DNA from: Paraspadella gotoi
Lineage: Eukaryota; Animalia; Chaetognatha
Direction: 5' to 3'
NCBI GenBank assembly: GCA_051294375.1
Contig: CM119271.1
Coordinates: 7,864,162 to 7,928,161 of the forward strand
Length of the DNA stretch: 64,000 nucleotides
In this document: piece by piece, positions 12,116 to 24,791 of the stretch
Numbering within the stretch: position 1 is the first letter of the stretch
Layout: every line of letters begins with the position of its first letter
The notes under the pieces: model-generated
Databases searched by the model: none
The model's input: the letters and a program-made list of their open reading frames with translations, nothing else
What the model was told of the DNA's origin: nothing
Translations under genes and position numbers: made by a program

Positions 12116-12235
12116 TTTAGACTCGGTCCCGGTCGTCGTCATCTTCGAAGGCGTCTTTTGGTGAATCGGAATTCGGTTCATGTAAGTCACTTCACATTTG
12201 TACCAACCCTCGTCCTCCGCGCGCACGTCGCTGAT
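12103..12235 (-). CDS. tutl: Exon of turtle/IGSF9-like gene: E-F strands of Ig1 (3' end uncertain; may extend through the repeats)
   Basis: Strong acceptor ctcaccttctcttttcag, then ISDVRAEDEGWYKCEVTYMNRIP. This has the Ig D-x-G-x-Y-x-C motif in the turtle/IGSF9-type form DxGWYxCxVxxxN. The first phase-1 donor candidate is AAG|gtgatg at 12103. Confidence 0.8.
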
Positions 12236-12365
12236 CTGAAAAGAGAAGGTGAGGATGGGGTGTTGTGGGGTGGCTTGGTGAGTTCTGGCGAGTAATACGG
12301 AGAGAGAGTGGTGAAGGGTGAGAGGAGAAAGAGCGGAGGATAAAGAGACCCCACCGGGTGAAATT

Positions 12366-12465
12366 NNNNNNNNNNNNNNNNNNNNNNNNNNNNNNNNNNN
12401 NNNNNNNNNNNNNNNNNNNNNNNNNNNNNNNNNNNNNNNNNNNNNNNNNNNNNNNNNNNNNNNNN
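12366..12465. other. 100-N scaffold gap of unknown size
   Basis: Exactly 100 N; sequence composition changes across it. Confidence 0.9.
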
Positions 12466-14829
12466 GATCTGTATATAAAGTTTAAAATTTTTTTAAAATA
12501 AATTCTGATAGAGCGTTAAAAATTCAATAAAGGTTATGAATACAACTTTTAAATTTTTTTTGTTTTATTGATAAAAATTTAAAAAAAAACTATAAAATTA
12601 AGCCAATGATAATGATGATTTTTTAAGGTTTTTCTATTTTTAACCAATTTATTGTCAAAATTTTTAAAAATTGTAGTACTAACTTTTTTAACTTTTCAAG
12701 CTCTATAGGAATCCATTCGTTCTTAAAAATTAAATTTTTTTAAAAAAAATTGTCATTTGTTATATATTAATAAATATTTAAAAGCTTCAGTGTAACAACC
12801 CAATGAACTAATTCAAAAAGTTCATTGAAAATCGATTTAGTAGTAGAAGGAAAAAAATAAAATTGAGACCTAGAAGTTATACAAAGTGTTCAATTTTGGC
12901 CCGCCTTACTAATCACCCCTATCCTTAATCACCCTAATCCCTAATCAGTAATCACCCCTAACCACTAAGGCGTAGTGAAAGTTACATACGAAAATTCTAA
13001 AAGTCAATTATGAACAACATACCATTAGTGAACATTAATTTGTAAAAAAAATTAATTTTATGTTTTTTAATTTTCGCAGTAGGCTATATTTATATATAGT
13101 ACTACTATCCTTATAAAATTGAAAAATTTCAAAATAAGCTTTTCTTAATTTTGATTGCAGATTTGAATTCCTCGTCAAAAGTTGATAAAAGAAAATAGAA
13201 ATCGTTTTTAAAAATTCTTTCATTAAGGGGGGATGGATCCATTAATTTAAAAAAAATTACGAAAAAATTTGAAATATTCGAAACCTTGTCCCGATGGTCA
13301 TTGATTCATGTTTTCCTGGGCTACACGATGTACCAATTAAAAATTTTTCTAGTGGTCTACTTTTTGAGATATATGGGTCAGAAGTAGGAAATATTCAAAA
13401 TGGTCTCGCTCTGAAAATAATAAAGCGAGCCTAAACAGATTTTAGTCACAGATACTTCAAATCAAGGCCTACTATTGGGAGTATGCTTTTTATTCTAATA
13501 GCACAACTTTACTTGTAAAGTTATATTAAAAAATATAAAAAATTACTTTTAGTCTTGTACAAATTATTTTGCTATGAAAATAAGCATTGATTGCAAAATA
13601 GATACTCGTAAATATAGGCAAGGGTTCAAATTGACAATTGAATGCATTCACTTGAGTTTTTATTGTGTCTTACTCTAAATAGATGCTTTTTTTGGATGAA
13701 AATTTTTAAAATTTTAAAATTTAGCAAATATCTTTATTTACTCTAATTCACCCTTGGAATCAGTTTTTAGAAGCTGCCCACAAATAAAAAGTGCAAAAAA
13801 CTAATATTTTTAAAAAATCTGAGATCAGTGGTTTTATTTTTTATTTTTTACTTTTTGGGCTTACCGTGTTTTCAGGTTTTGGAAAGAAAAATTTCGTTTC
13901 TGGTTTACTTTTTGGGTTTACCCTGTTTTTAAGGTTTTCACCAAAAAGTTTTTGTTTTAATATATGAAAGATAATATGATATATTAAATTAACATTAGTA
14001 ATACTACCAAATAGTGAATCAATTATTATCAAAAAAATATCCAAGAGAAGAGGCATTCAAGAATTAAAATGTAGTAGTAATGTTAAATGTCTCTGAATTG
14101 ATTTCATAGTACAATGGAGTGTTTACTATCAATTACGACGCCATGAATAATGGGAACATAGGCTCAACTATGATATTAATGTTCCATGAGAAAGAAGGTA
14201 GAATAAAAGCCAAAGATGGGGCCATTAATCCGACTGTGGTAAATACCAAAACTCACCTGATTCTTTTTGAGGAATAAATAGCAGCGTGGCTAATTTGTCT
14301 TGCTTGTTGAAGTTAGAGAGACAAAAAATTGATTCAAAGGTTTTGAAATAATAAACAAAAAAGTAAGAGAAAAAAAAAGAAAAGAGAGTGAGAGAAAGAG
14401 AAAGCAAGAAAGAGGGGAAAAAAGAAAAGGATAGAAAAAGAAAGAAAGAGGAAGAAAGGAAAAGAGACAGAAAAAAAAGAAAGAAAGAAAAAAAAACCAA
14501 GTTTGAGTAAACAATGCCGGATCTGCCCACAACCATTAGCAAGTAATTTTATTTAATTAATTCAAGTTAACTAATGAATTAATTAGTTAATTAATTTGAT
14601 CCAACATGTTTGTTTTTAGGTCTTTTCATCACTGACCACGACAAAAGCAACGACGATGATGGCGACAATGACAATAATGCTGAATCACCGATAACAAATG
14701 ATTGATTTGATTGATTGATTGATTATTGATTGAATAATTAATTAATAGATAAATTAAGCATAATCAATTAATGAAACCGGTTTTTTGTTTTTTCCATTTA
14801 ATCTCATTTCCACTCTGACGATTTTATAG

Positions 14830-14965
14830 AAACTTGATTTCCCACTTAATCCCAGAATTTTCCACCCACATACAAAATTTTAAGTCAATCGCCCCATATA
14901 CTAATAGTAATTGGCGATTAAAGCTAGGGGGGATGGACAGACAGACATCATTTTTTTGTGCATAA
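14830..14965. mobile_element. Dispersed DINE-1/HINE-like repeat fragment
   Basis: aaacttgatttccc...cccacatacaaaattt..caatcgcc...ggacagacagac...ttttttgtgcataatt; related pieces at ~18280-18395, ~25772-25960 and 28731-28900. Confidence 0.5.
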
Positions 14966-14974
14966 TTTACCATA

Positions 14975-15700
14975 AAAAAAATCTTGTATGCTTTGCTGGT
15001 CCTCCAAAGCTGTTGACTTCGGACAATGGTGGCGAGTTTATTGCAGACGTCGTCAAGGCTGTGTCAGATAATAGGTACAAAAAAGAGGACTAGTGTCGCG
15101 TATCGTCCCGAGTCCCAAGGAAATGTCGAGAGACAGAATTGTATTATAATTAAAAATCTGACAAAAAGATTGCTCCAATATGGTAAGAGTTGAGTTGAGC
15201 ATTTTACATACGTAGAGTGGTCGTATAACACCACTCCATTTGCTAGTATGGACATGACACCTTACTTGGTATTTTTTGGTCGTGAACTCCATTGCCCCCT
15301 TTTGCGGATGTCAAAATCGATGACTTAAAGATCGCACTTTGCAGAAATACATTGATAAGGTTCGTAATCGTGTGAAAATGATAACCGGCAAAGCAAAGCT
15401 AGAGCTGATGAGAAAAGAGCTCGAGAGGAAAACAATACAACAAGAAAACAAGATAAGCCTCTTCAAGAGGGTGCCTGGTCTATGAGCGTGTTCCTGATGT
15501 CTAAGAGAGAAACTAGATCCCAAATGGTCTGGTACTGAATGGAGTTGAGCGTAGGCTTAGTCCAAAAGGTGGTCCCGGTATGACTTATTGGTGTGAGAGA
15601 AAGGATGGAAGTCGGTGTCTCGTAATTATAAGCATTTAAAAAGAGTGAATGCCAAATACGAAGAGTTGATAAAAGAAACCTCTTGTGGAACAACAAAAGG
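14975..15700 (+). pseudogene. Degenerate Gypsy-type (LTR retrotransposon or Ginger) DDE integrase fragment
   Basis: GPPKLLTSDNGGEFIADVVK, a frameshift, then CQIIGTKKRTSVAYRPESQGNVERQN...KS*VEHFTYVEWSYNTTP...TPYLVFFGRE and later EKLDPKWSG. This gives the second catalytic D, the catalytic E and the GPY/F region, with frameshifts and an internal TGA. Confidence 0.9.
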
Positions 15701-17487
15701 TCTTAGTTGAAATTTTTAATAATTAATAAATCAGAACTTTTACTGGAACATTTCAATTTTCAAGCAACAATGAAAAATTGTTTTTATTTAGCACTAATAC
15801 TAAAAAATTAAATACAAATAAGGGAAAAATGTTTGTATTTGGTAAAAATATTGGTTCATTTCATTTCTTCTTTTGGATTCCAAACCACTTTATTCAATTT
15901 TTAATACATGATTTTTCTTTTGAGGAGCCTGGTCAGTGTAATACTTCTGAGCTTGGACATTGCAATCGCCTACTATTATCTATAAATAGTTCAATTACCT
16001 AATGTTTTATATTTGGCCCTTTATTTTAATTTTAGACTAGATATAGAGTCGGAATCTGCTGATGACCAGATCCACTACAAATTTAAGAATTTGTTCACTT
16101 ATTTTATTGACGATTTTAGTTTATACAAGAAAGTTAAGAAAGCTAAGCTAAGTTTTTTGATCAATTAAAAATATGGAAAAGATGAACAAGTTAAAAGGGT
16201 AAAATCAATGAGTTTAATTTTGATTATATAAATTAAAAAATAAAATAAAATATAAACCACTAACGCTGATTAATAAGTTTAACATCCGCTGGTTTTCGAG
16301 AGACATTAATTTCTCTCTCGCGCTAGTTCTCACAATAAAAATAATCATTATATCTTCGCATTCAATAATTTTCTTGGCGGAGAGGCACGAACTTGGACTT
16401 GCCCAGTCGTCGAGTCCTACAGCATAACATTCCTGTTATAAATTTTATTACTAATTGCAAGCTCCTCAATGATCATATCTTGCTGATGTGGTGCTTATTC
16501 TACTGTAAATTAACGAAGGGATATTTTTTTTGTATTTTTAAATGCTTTGACATTATTAAAAGTTACCTGCTGAAGACCATTTCATATCTTTAAAAAACCT
16601 TTATCCTTTGCTGTAAGTAAATTCTGAGTGGTAGCCAAATGGTAAATTTCCATTTTATAGTGATGCTTACGTTGGCCTCCATGTACGCCTCTTCAGTTCT
16701 TTAATCCTTTAAAAAAATCTCACATAAAAACATATTTAATTCAAAATATTAAAACTATACTTGCTTGTTACAAAAACCATAAGCTTTTGGCCAATAGTTA
16801 TCATGTAATTCATAGTTTAAAGGACAGATAGGAGGAGATGATACGATTCCTCATACGATGTGAGCATCATTGCGGTAGATATCCTCTTGCCCAGAAATGT
16901 TATCTTCAATGCATGTTTCTTTTTAAAAATCCTTAACATTGAAAACAGGTAAAAATATAGTTAATGTGACTATATTTATTAGCTGGATCTGCTTACAGCA
17001 TATCTCAGCTCTATAATTCACTTTGTCGGTCTGTTGGTCGTCACCCAATATCTTGTCGGTAAGTCATATATATCAGTAACCTGACAAAAAGACCTAAAAA
17101 CAAATAAGTTTAAGCAAACAATGCTGGATCTGATCAGATAATTATTTAATTAATTAATCTGGGGATGAGCATCGTTTCTAAAATATTTAGTGTACCGATC
17201 GACAGGAAATTAAAAATATTATCTACATGCAAAATTTTATCAAAATCGGATAATCCGTTCAAAAGTTATGGCAAAAAAACGATCGCGAAAATCACTCTTC
17301 GATTCGATTAACTTTCGGTTGAAATCGAACTCGTTTCGATCCAACAAAGTTTTCTACTACGCGTAGTACTAAGCTTTAAACCGGTAATAGCGTTAAAGCG
17401 CGATCCGGGCCTCGTAAGAAGTAATTGAATAAGCGAAGCCAGGAAAAGAGGTAATCGTTTTCAATTTGACGATAATTGATTTGACTA

Positions 17488-20400
17488 TGAATCAATTATT
17501 ATCAAAAAAATATGCAAGAGGAGAGGCATTCAAGAACTAAAATGTAGTAGTAATGTTAAATATCTCTGAATTGATTTCATAGTACAATGGAGTGTTTACT
17601 ATCAATTACGACGCATGAATAATGGAACATAGGCTCAACTATGATATTAATGTTCCATGAGAAAGAAGGTAGAATAAAAGCCAAAGATGGGGCCATTAAT
17701 CTACTGTGGTAAATACCAAAACTCACCTGATTCTTCTGAGGAATAAATAGCAGCGTGGCTAATTTGTCTTGCTTGTTGAAGTTAGAGAGACAAAAAATTG
17801 ATTCAGAGGTTTTATAATAAAATATAATAAACAAAAAAGCAAGAGAAAAAAAAAGAAAAGAGAGTGAAAGAAAAGAAAGCAAGAAAGAGGGGAAAAAAGA
17901 AAAGGATAAAAAGAAGAAAGAAAAAGAGAAGAAAGGAAAAGAGACAGAAAAAAAAGAAAGAAAAAAAAAAAAGTTGAGTAAACAATGCCGGATCTGCCAC
18001 GACCATTAGCAAGTAATTTTATTTAATTAATTCAAGTTAACTAATGAATTATATATGCATCACATGACCACAACAAAGCAACAACGATGATGGCGACAAT
18101 GACAAATGCTGAATCCGATAACAAATGATTGACTTGATTGATTGATTATTGATTGAATAATTAATTAATAGATAAATAATTGCATTTACATTTAATATAA
18201 AAAAAAATTAAGCATAATCAATTATGAAAACCGGTTTTTGTTTTTCCATTTAATCTCATTTCCACTCTGACGATTCTTATAGAAACTTGATTTCCCCTTA
18301 ACTCACATCAGTCAATCGCCCCATATACTAATGAGTAATTGGCGATTAAAGCTAGGGGGGGATGGACAGACAGACATCATTTTTTTGTGCATAATTTCCA
18401 TAATTGAATAGCAAAGGCATTCAAAAATCTTGTATGCTTCGCTGTCCTCCAAAGCTGTTGACTTCGGACAATGGTGGGAGTTTATTGCAGACGTCGTCAA
18501 GGCTGTGTCAGATAATAGGTACAAAAAAGAGGACTATGTGTCGCGTATCGTCCCGAGTCCCAAGGAATGTCAGAGACAGAATTGTATATAATTAAAAATC
18601 TGACAAAAAGATTGCTCAATATGGTAAGAGTTGAGTTAGCATTTCATACGTAGAGTGGTCGTATAACACCACTCCTTTGCTCGTACGGACATGACACCTT
18701 ACTGGTATTTTTTGGTCGTGAACCTCCATTGCCCCCTTTTTGCGGATGTCAAAATCGATTCTGACTTGAAAGTCGCACAGAATAATAAACCGGCAAAGCA
18801 AAAGCTAGAGCTGATGAGAAAGAGCTCGAGAGGAAAACAATACAACAAGAAAACAAAGTATAAGCCTCTTCAAGAGGGTGACCTGGTCTATGAGAGTGTT
18901 CTGATGGTCTAAGAGAGAAACTAGATCCCAAATGGTCTGGTAACTGAAGTAGTTGAGCGTAGGCTTAGTCCAAAAGGTGGTCCCGGTATGACTTATTGGT
19001 GTGAGAGAAAGGATGGAAGTCGGTGTCGTCGTAATTATGAGCATTTAAAAAGAGTGAATGCCAAATACGAAGAGTTGATAAAGAAACCTCTTGTTGTGGA
19101 ACAACAAAAGGTCTTAGTTGATAATTTTTGCAATTAATAAATCAGAACTTTTACTGGAACATTTCAATTTTAAGCAACAATGAAATAATTGTTTTTATTT
19201 ATTTAGCACTAATACTAAAAAATTAAATACAAATAAGGGAAAAATGTTTGTATTTGGTAAAAAACTGTTTTGGTTCATTTCATTTCTTCTTTTGGATTCC
19301 AAACCACTTTTATTCAATTTTTAATACACATGATTTTTCTTTTGAGGAGCCTGGTCAGTGTAATACTTCTGAGCTTGGACATTGCAATCGCCTACTATTT
19401 TCATATAAATAGTTCAATTCCTAATGTTTCTATATTTGGCCCTTTATTTTAATTTTAGACTAGATTATAGAGTCGGAATCTGCTGATGACCAGATCCGAC
19501 TACAAATTTAAGAATTTGTTTCACTTATTTTATTGACTGATTTTAGTTTCATACAAGAAAGTTAAGAAAGCTAAGCTAAGTTTTTCGATCAATTAAAAAT
19601 ATGGAAAAGATGAACAAGTTAAAAGGCGTAAAATAATGAGTTTAATTTTGATTATATAAAGTTAAAAAATAAAATAAATATAACCACTAACGCTGATTAA
19701 TAAGTTTAACATCCGCTGGTTTTCGAGAGACATTAATTTCTCTCTCGCGCTAGGTTCTCACAATAAAAATAATCATTATATCTTCGCATTCAATAAATTT
19801 TCTTGGCGGAGAGGCACGACTTGGATCTTGCCCAGTGTCGAGTCCTACAGCATAACATTCCTGTTATAAATTTTATTACTAATTGCAAGCTCCTCAATGA
19901 TCATATCTTGCTGATGTGGTGCTTATTCTACTGTAAATTACGAAGGGATATTTTTTATGTATTTATTAAATGCTTTGCATTTTAAAAGTTACCTGCTGAA
20001 GACCATTTCATATCTTTAAAAAACCGTTATCTTTGCTGTAAGTAAATTCTGGGTGGGAAAGGCTTCCGAGGTAGCCAGATGGTAAATTTATTTTGTAGTG
20101 ATGCTACGTTGGCCTCCATGTACGCCTCTTCAGTTCTTTAATCCTTTAAAAAAAGCTCACATAAAAACATATTTAATTCAAAATATTAAAACTATACTTG
20201 CTTGTTACAAAAACCATAAGCTTTTGGCCAATAGTTATCATGAATTCATAGTTTAAAGGACAGATAGGAGGAGATGATATGATTCCTCATACGATGTGAG
20301 CATCATTGCGGTAGATATCCTCTTGCCCAGAAATGTTATCTTCAATGCATGATTCTTTTTAAAAATCCTTAACATTGAAAACAGGTAAAAATATAGTTAA

Positions 20401-20960
20401 TGTGACTATATTTATTGCTGGATCTGCTTACAGCATATCTCAGCTCTATAATTCACTTTGTCGGTCTGTCGGTCGTCACCCAATATCTTGTCGGTAAGTC
20501 ATATATATCATCTCAGAAATTGTTATTATTAGTTTAGTTTTTAAGTTTGCTAATTTATTTTATTTTATCATGTTGTACATTGTCAAATGTAAAGATTTTT
20601 CTCTCTCTCTCTCTCTCTCCATTTTCTCTCTCAATTTCATTTCACCAAACTTACAACTACCTTCCTGTCCTTATGTTCTCATTCGTCTCATTGCCATTGC
20701 CTGCGTCTTTGCTTTTGTCATTGCTTTTGTGTCGTCAGTAACTGACAAAAAGACCTAAAAACAAACAAGTTTAAGAAACAATGCTGGATCTGATCAGATA
20801 ATTATTTAATTAATTAATCTGGGGATGAGCATCGTTTCTAAAATATTTAGTGTACCATGACAGGAAATTAAAATATTATCTACATGAAAAATTTATCAAA
20901 ATGATATCCGTTAAGTTATGGCAAAAACGATCAATGGATTCGATAATTTGGAAATAATTA
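17488..20960. repeat. ~3.5-kb tandem duplication, copy 2
   Basis: As above; differs from copy 1 by substitutions and larger indels (extra ~225 bp at ~20510-20735). Confidence 0.9.
18405..19110 (+). pseudogene. Second copy of the integrase fragment
   Basis: IAKAFKNLVCF..PPKLLTSDNGG, YNKKTKYKPLQEGDLV, KLDPKWSG, MTYWCERKDGSRCRRNYEHLKR; same TGA as copy 1. Confidence 0.85.
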
Positions 20961-21140
20961 CAAAAATACTAGTAGTCTAAGCAGTATGCTTAAAATCTGC
21001 ATAAAATATTGAAACAAAATAACGCAAACATAATGATTATAGAACAACAGTAATGATGACAAGATATACAGATAAATGACGATGATAAGTACAAAAATTA
21101 TCGCAGTAAAGATAATAGTAAGTGATCAAATGCAAAATGA

Positions 21141-22215
21141 AAAAGTATGCATAGAAAAATAGCAGTTAGAAAAATAGTATGCAAGTTGAAAAAATAGTAT
21201 GCAATTGGAAAAAAATATGCATACTTAAAAATATGCATATTAAAGTATGCTTACTTTAAAAAGTATGCATATTTTGAAAAAAGGTGCATACTTAAAAAAA
21301 GTATGCATACTTGGAAAATACATATAAGAGTATGCATACTTGGAAAAAAGTAGCATATGAAAAATAGTATGCATACTTGAAAAAATAGTATCATAGAAAA
21401 TAGTATGCATACTTGTAAAAATAGTATGCAAGATGAAAAAAATAGTATGCAAGTTGGAAAAAAGTGCATACTTTGAAAAAGTATGCATACTTAAAAAAAG
21501 TATGCATATTTTGAAAAATGCATACTTTAAAAAAGTATGCATATTTTGAAAAAGTATGCATACTTTGAAAAATATGCATACTTTTTCCAACTTGCATACT
21601 ACTTTTCTCAACTTGCATATTACTTTTTTCAACTTGCATACTATTTTTTTCAACTTGCATACTACTTTTTTCAATTGCATACACTTTTTTTAACTTGCAT
21701 ACCACTTTTTCAACTTGCATACTACTTTTTTCAACTTGCATACCACTTTTTTAACTTGCATACCACTTTTTTCATCTTGCATACTACTTTTTTCAACTTC
21801 ATACTACTTTTTCAACTTGCATACTACTTTTTCAACTTGCATACTACTTTTTTCAACTTGCATACCACTTTTTTTAACTTGCATCACTTTTTCAACTTGC
21901 ATACTACTTTTTTCAACTTGCATACCACTTTTTTAACTTGCATACTACTTTTTTCACTTGCATACTACTTTTTTCATCTTGCATACTACTTTTTTCAACT
22001 TCATACTATTTTTCAACTTGCATACTACTTTTTCAACTTGCATACTACTTTTTTCAACTTGCATACCACTTTTTTAACTTGCATACTACTTTTTCACTTG
22101 CATACTCTTTTTTCATCTTGCATACTACTTTTTTCAACTTGCATATTATTTTCAACTTGCATACTACTTTTTAACTTGCATATTACTTTTTTCAATTGCA
22201 TATTATTTTTTTTAA
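21141..22215. repeat. Foldback-type minisatellite: ~19-22-bp units (CAACTTGCATACTACTTTTTT) in head-to-head arrays
   Basis: Left arm aaaatagtatgcaagttg/aaaagtatgcatacttg; orientation switches at ~21575-21585; right arm (caacttgcatactactttttt)n. Confidence 0.9.
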
Positions 22216-23574
22216 AACTACTTTTTTTTATTTGTAGAGAAGACAATAAGCTATCCGAAACCATACTGATATGTATGTTTGTTCTATTTTACAAAAGATC
22301 TAGCAGGTTTTTTGGGAAAAGGAAAAAACGGCCTACCAGTCCATTTAAATACCATTTTTGGGCATGATAAAATGGGAATTTCGATCGCGCTTTACCTCTA
22401 TTGGCTTCCAAGAAGCCCAGCTTTCGAAATATGCTCATATTGATATAGTTTTGGCCTTGACTATGCAGTTTTGAATAGAAATGAAATATAGAGGAATCTT
22501 GATCGGAACTTCGATTGAACGATGCGATCCCTAATTAATCAATCAATCAATCAACATTGTATTACCTCATCATTGCTGTCATNNNNNNNNNNNNNNNNNN
22601 NNNNNNNCAATATCGTCGTTTTTGTTATGGTTAGTGACCTGAAGAAATTACCCAAAATTATGTCCACAGTATGAACTTTCAATAATTGTACTAACCAATC
22701 TATTTTCTTTGCCATAATTTCTTTTATAACGAGTAAGGGACTGGGTCTGTTTCTCTTTCTCTGATAAAAGTATAATTAAGTATAAAAGTAAAGTAAAGTA
22801 AAAGTAAAGTATAAAAGTATAATTACTAAATCATTTTTCAATTTTTCTCACTTGATTGGAGGTTCCATCTTGTAACGTTATACAGTTGAATCATCTTTTT
22901 CCAAAATGAATAAAAAACTTTAAAAAAAGAAAAAAATTCAGGTAAAAGAAATCTAGACTGTAAACAACTTTTTTATCCAAGTTTTTTTCTGAGTAAATCA
23001 GAGATGATGTATCCTTAATGACGTTAGCTGCTTAATTTCTGAATTAATCATTATAGGTTATTGTAAATTTTTCAGTACAAGAAAAGAAACAAACCAACTT
23101 TTCATATGGAAAAAAGCATCTCAGGGGAAAAAAATAAAATAAAGATTGAAGTTTATGTATTCAATCATCAATTCAAGCCTTTTGCTACATTTGCGAGTAT
23201 CGATATTGCAATCAATCGATGCTTTCTATGTAAAAGAATGCAAGTAAGATTGAAGGTTTTTTTTCTATTTTTGTATTTCACTTCACAAGCAAAGTTATGA
23301 TCATAGAAAAAAAAGCACACTACCAATTGTTAACCATGATTCGAAGTATATAATACTAAAATCTGATTGGGCTATCTTCATTGCTTTCAGAGAGAGATCA
23401 TTTGGAAGATTTTCCACTTCTGACCCTGATATCTCGAAAAGTTGACGACGAGAAAAATTTTTGATTAGTGCATCTTGTAGCCCGGGAAAAAGCGAATTAA
23501 TGACCATGGACAAGACTTTTAATTTCTAAATTTTAGCGTAATGTGTTCAATAAATCGATGGATGCCGTCTTTCC

Positions 23575-23790
23575 CTTAAGGTTTAAAGATTAAAGATTAA
23601 GGTGGAGGATTATGGATCAGGTATTAAGGATTTGGGATTAAGGATTAAAGATAAAAGATTAAGGATTAAGAATTAAGGATTAAAGATTAAAGATTAAGGT
23701 TGAGGATTAAGGATTTGGGATTAAGGATTAAGAATTAAGGATTAAGGATTAAAGATTAAGGTTGAGGATTAAAGATTAGGGATAAGAAAC
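23575..23790. repeat. Degenerate 7-bp tandem repeat (TAAGGAT/TAAAGAT)n
   Basis: Heptamer periodicity visible by eye. Confidence 0.9.
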
Positions 23791-24448
23791 AAGGCGCTTT
23801 CGAACAGTAGTGCCGAGGATTACTCAGTGAACAACAGAATCCATTGTGAACCGAAGATCCGATCCAATTCTTTGTGAAGATAAATTTTCGAATCAAAAGT
23901 GGAAAAGGAGAAACGACGTGAATTCTTCGTCGCGACGAGAAATCGTGAAATCGAATGTGAATTTGTGAATGGAGGAAAAGAAAAGTGAGAGCGAAGTGAG
24001 AAGAGGTGAGGAATTGTGAATGCCTGCGATATTGAGAATTCTCTTGATAAACGTGAGCGAGAAACGTGAGTGAAAGGAGGAGAGAAAATCCTCTTTTTTT
24101 TTGTGAAGAGTGAAAAATTGAATCGCTGCTTCGTTCGTTCTGTGTTTTAAACTTAAACTTATTTAAAAGTATTGAATACTTTATTTTATCAGTATCTTAT
24201 CACTCGTGTTAAAAAGTAAACGTATCGTCAGTTTAAGCCATTGAACGAGTAGCCGACGCTTTCCAATGTATCCATACACGAAGACCACCAAGTTCGAGGA
24301 GAAGCCATTTGCCAACCTTGATATCGGAGAAGAGAGAAGAAATAATGTAATAAAGATCTGAGAGCAAAAGAAGATAAACGAAAATATTACGGAAAAATAG
24401 ATGGAAAAAATAGAAAAAAAAAAAGATGGAAGGAAAAAAATGAATGGA

Positions 24449-24487
<39 letters not shown>

Positions 24488-24704
24488 AGGAGAAAGAGAG
24501 AGAGGAGAGAGAGAGAGAGAGAAGAGAGAGAAGAGAGAGGGAACGAGAGAAGAGGGAACGCAATGTTTTAGGATTAATGGAAAGAAAAGAAAAGAAAAGA
24601 GAAAAAGTAAGAAGGAGATAATGTCAAAATAATCCGAATATATATTCGCCGCCAGAGGGAGAACCGAAGAGACGATGATTTCGAGCGTCGCTGGCTCAAC
24701 GAGA

Positions 24705-24791
<87 letters not shown>

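Larger units (their letters stand above)
14015..17340. repeat. ~3.5-kb tandem duplication, copy 1
   Basis: gaatcaattattatcaaaaaaatat... at ~14015 and ~17488; colinear through ggggatgagcatcgtttcta (17161 and 20821). Confidence 0.9.

Noticed and set aside
15191-15193. TGA at a conserved Trp position suggesting an alternative genetic code
   Set aside because: TGG encodes Trp elsewhere in the same frame and the element has other disabling lesions.
21537-22367. 276-aa and overlapping ORFs (LAYYFFQ/LHTTFFN repeats); CRISPR-like periodicity
   Set aside because: Translations of a minisatellite; units are contiguous with no unique spacers and there are no cas genes.
24660-24705. SLVEPATLEI, resembling the missing D-E strand of Ig1
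   Set aside because: Abuts a (CT)n microsatellite and has no donor after the expected codon; probably chance.
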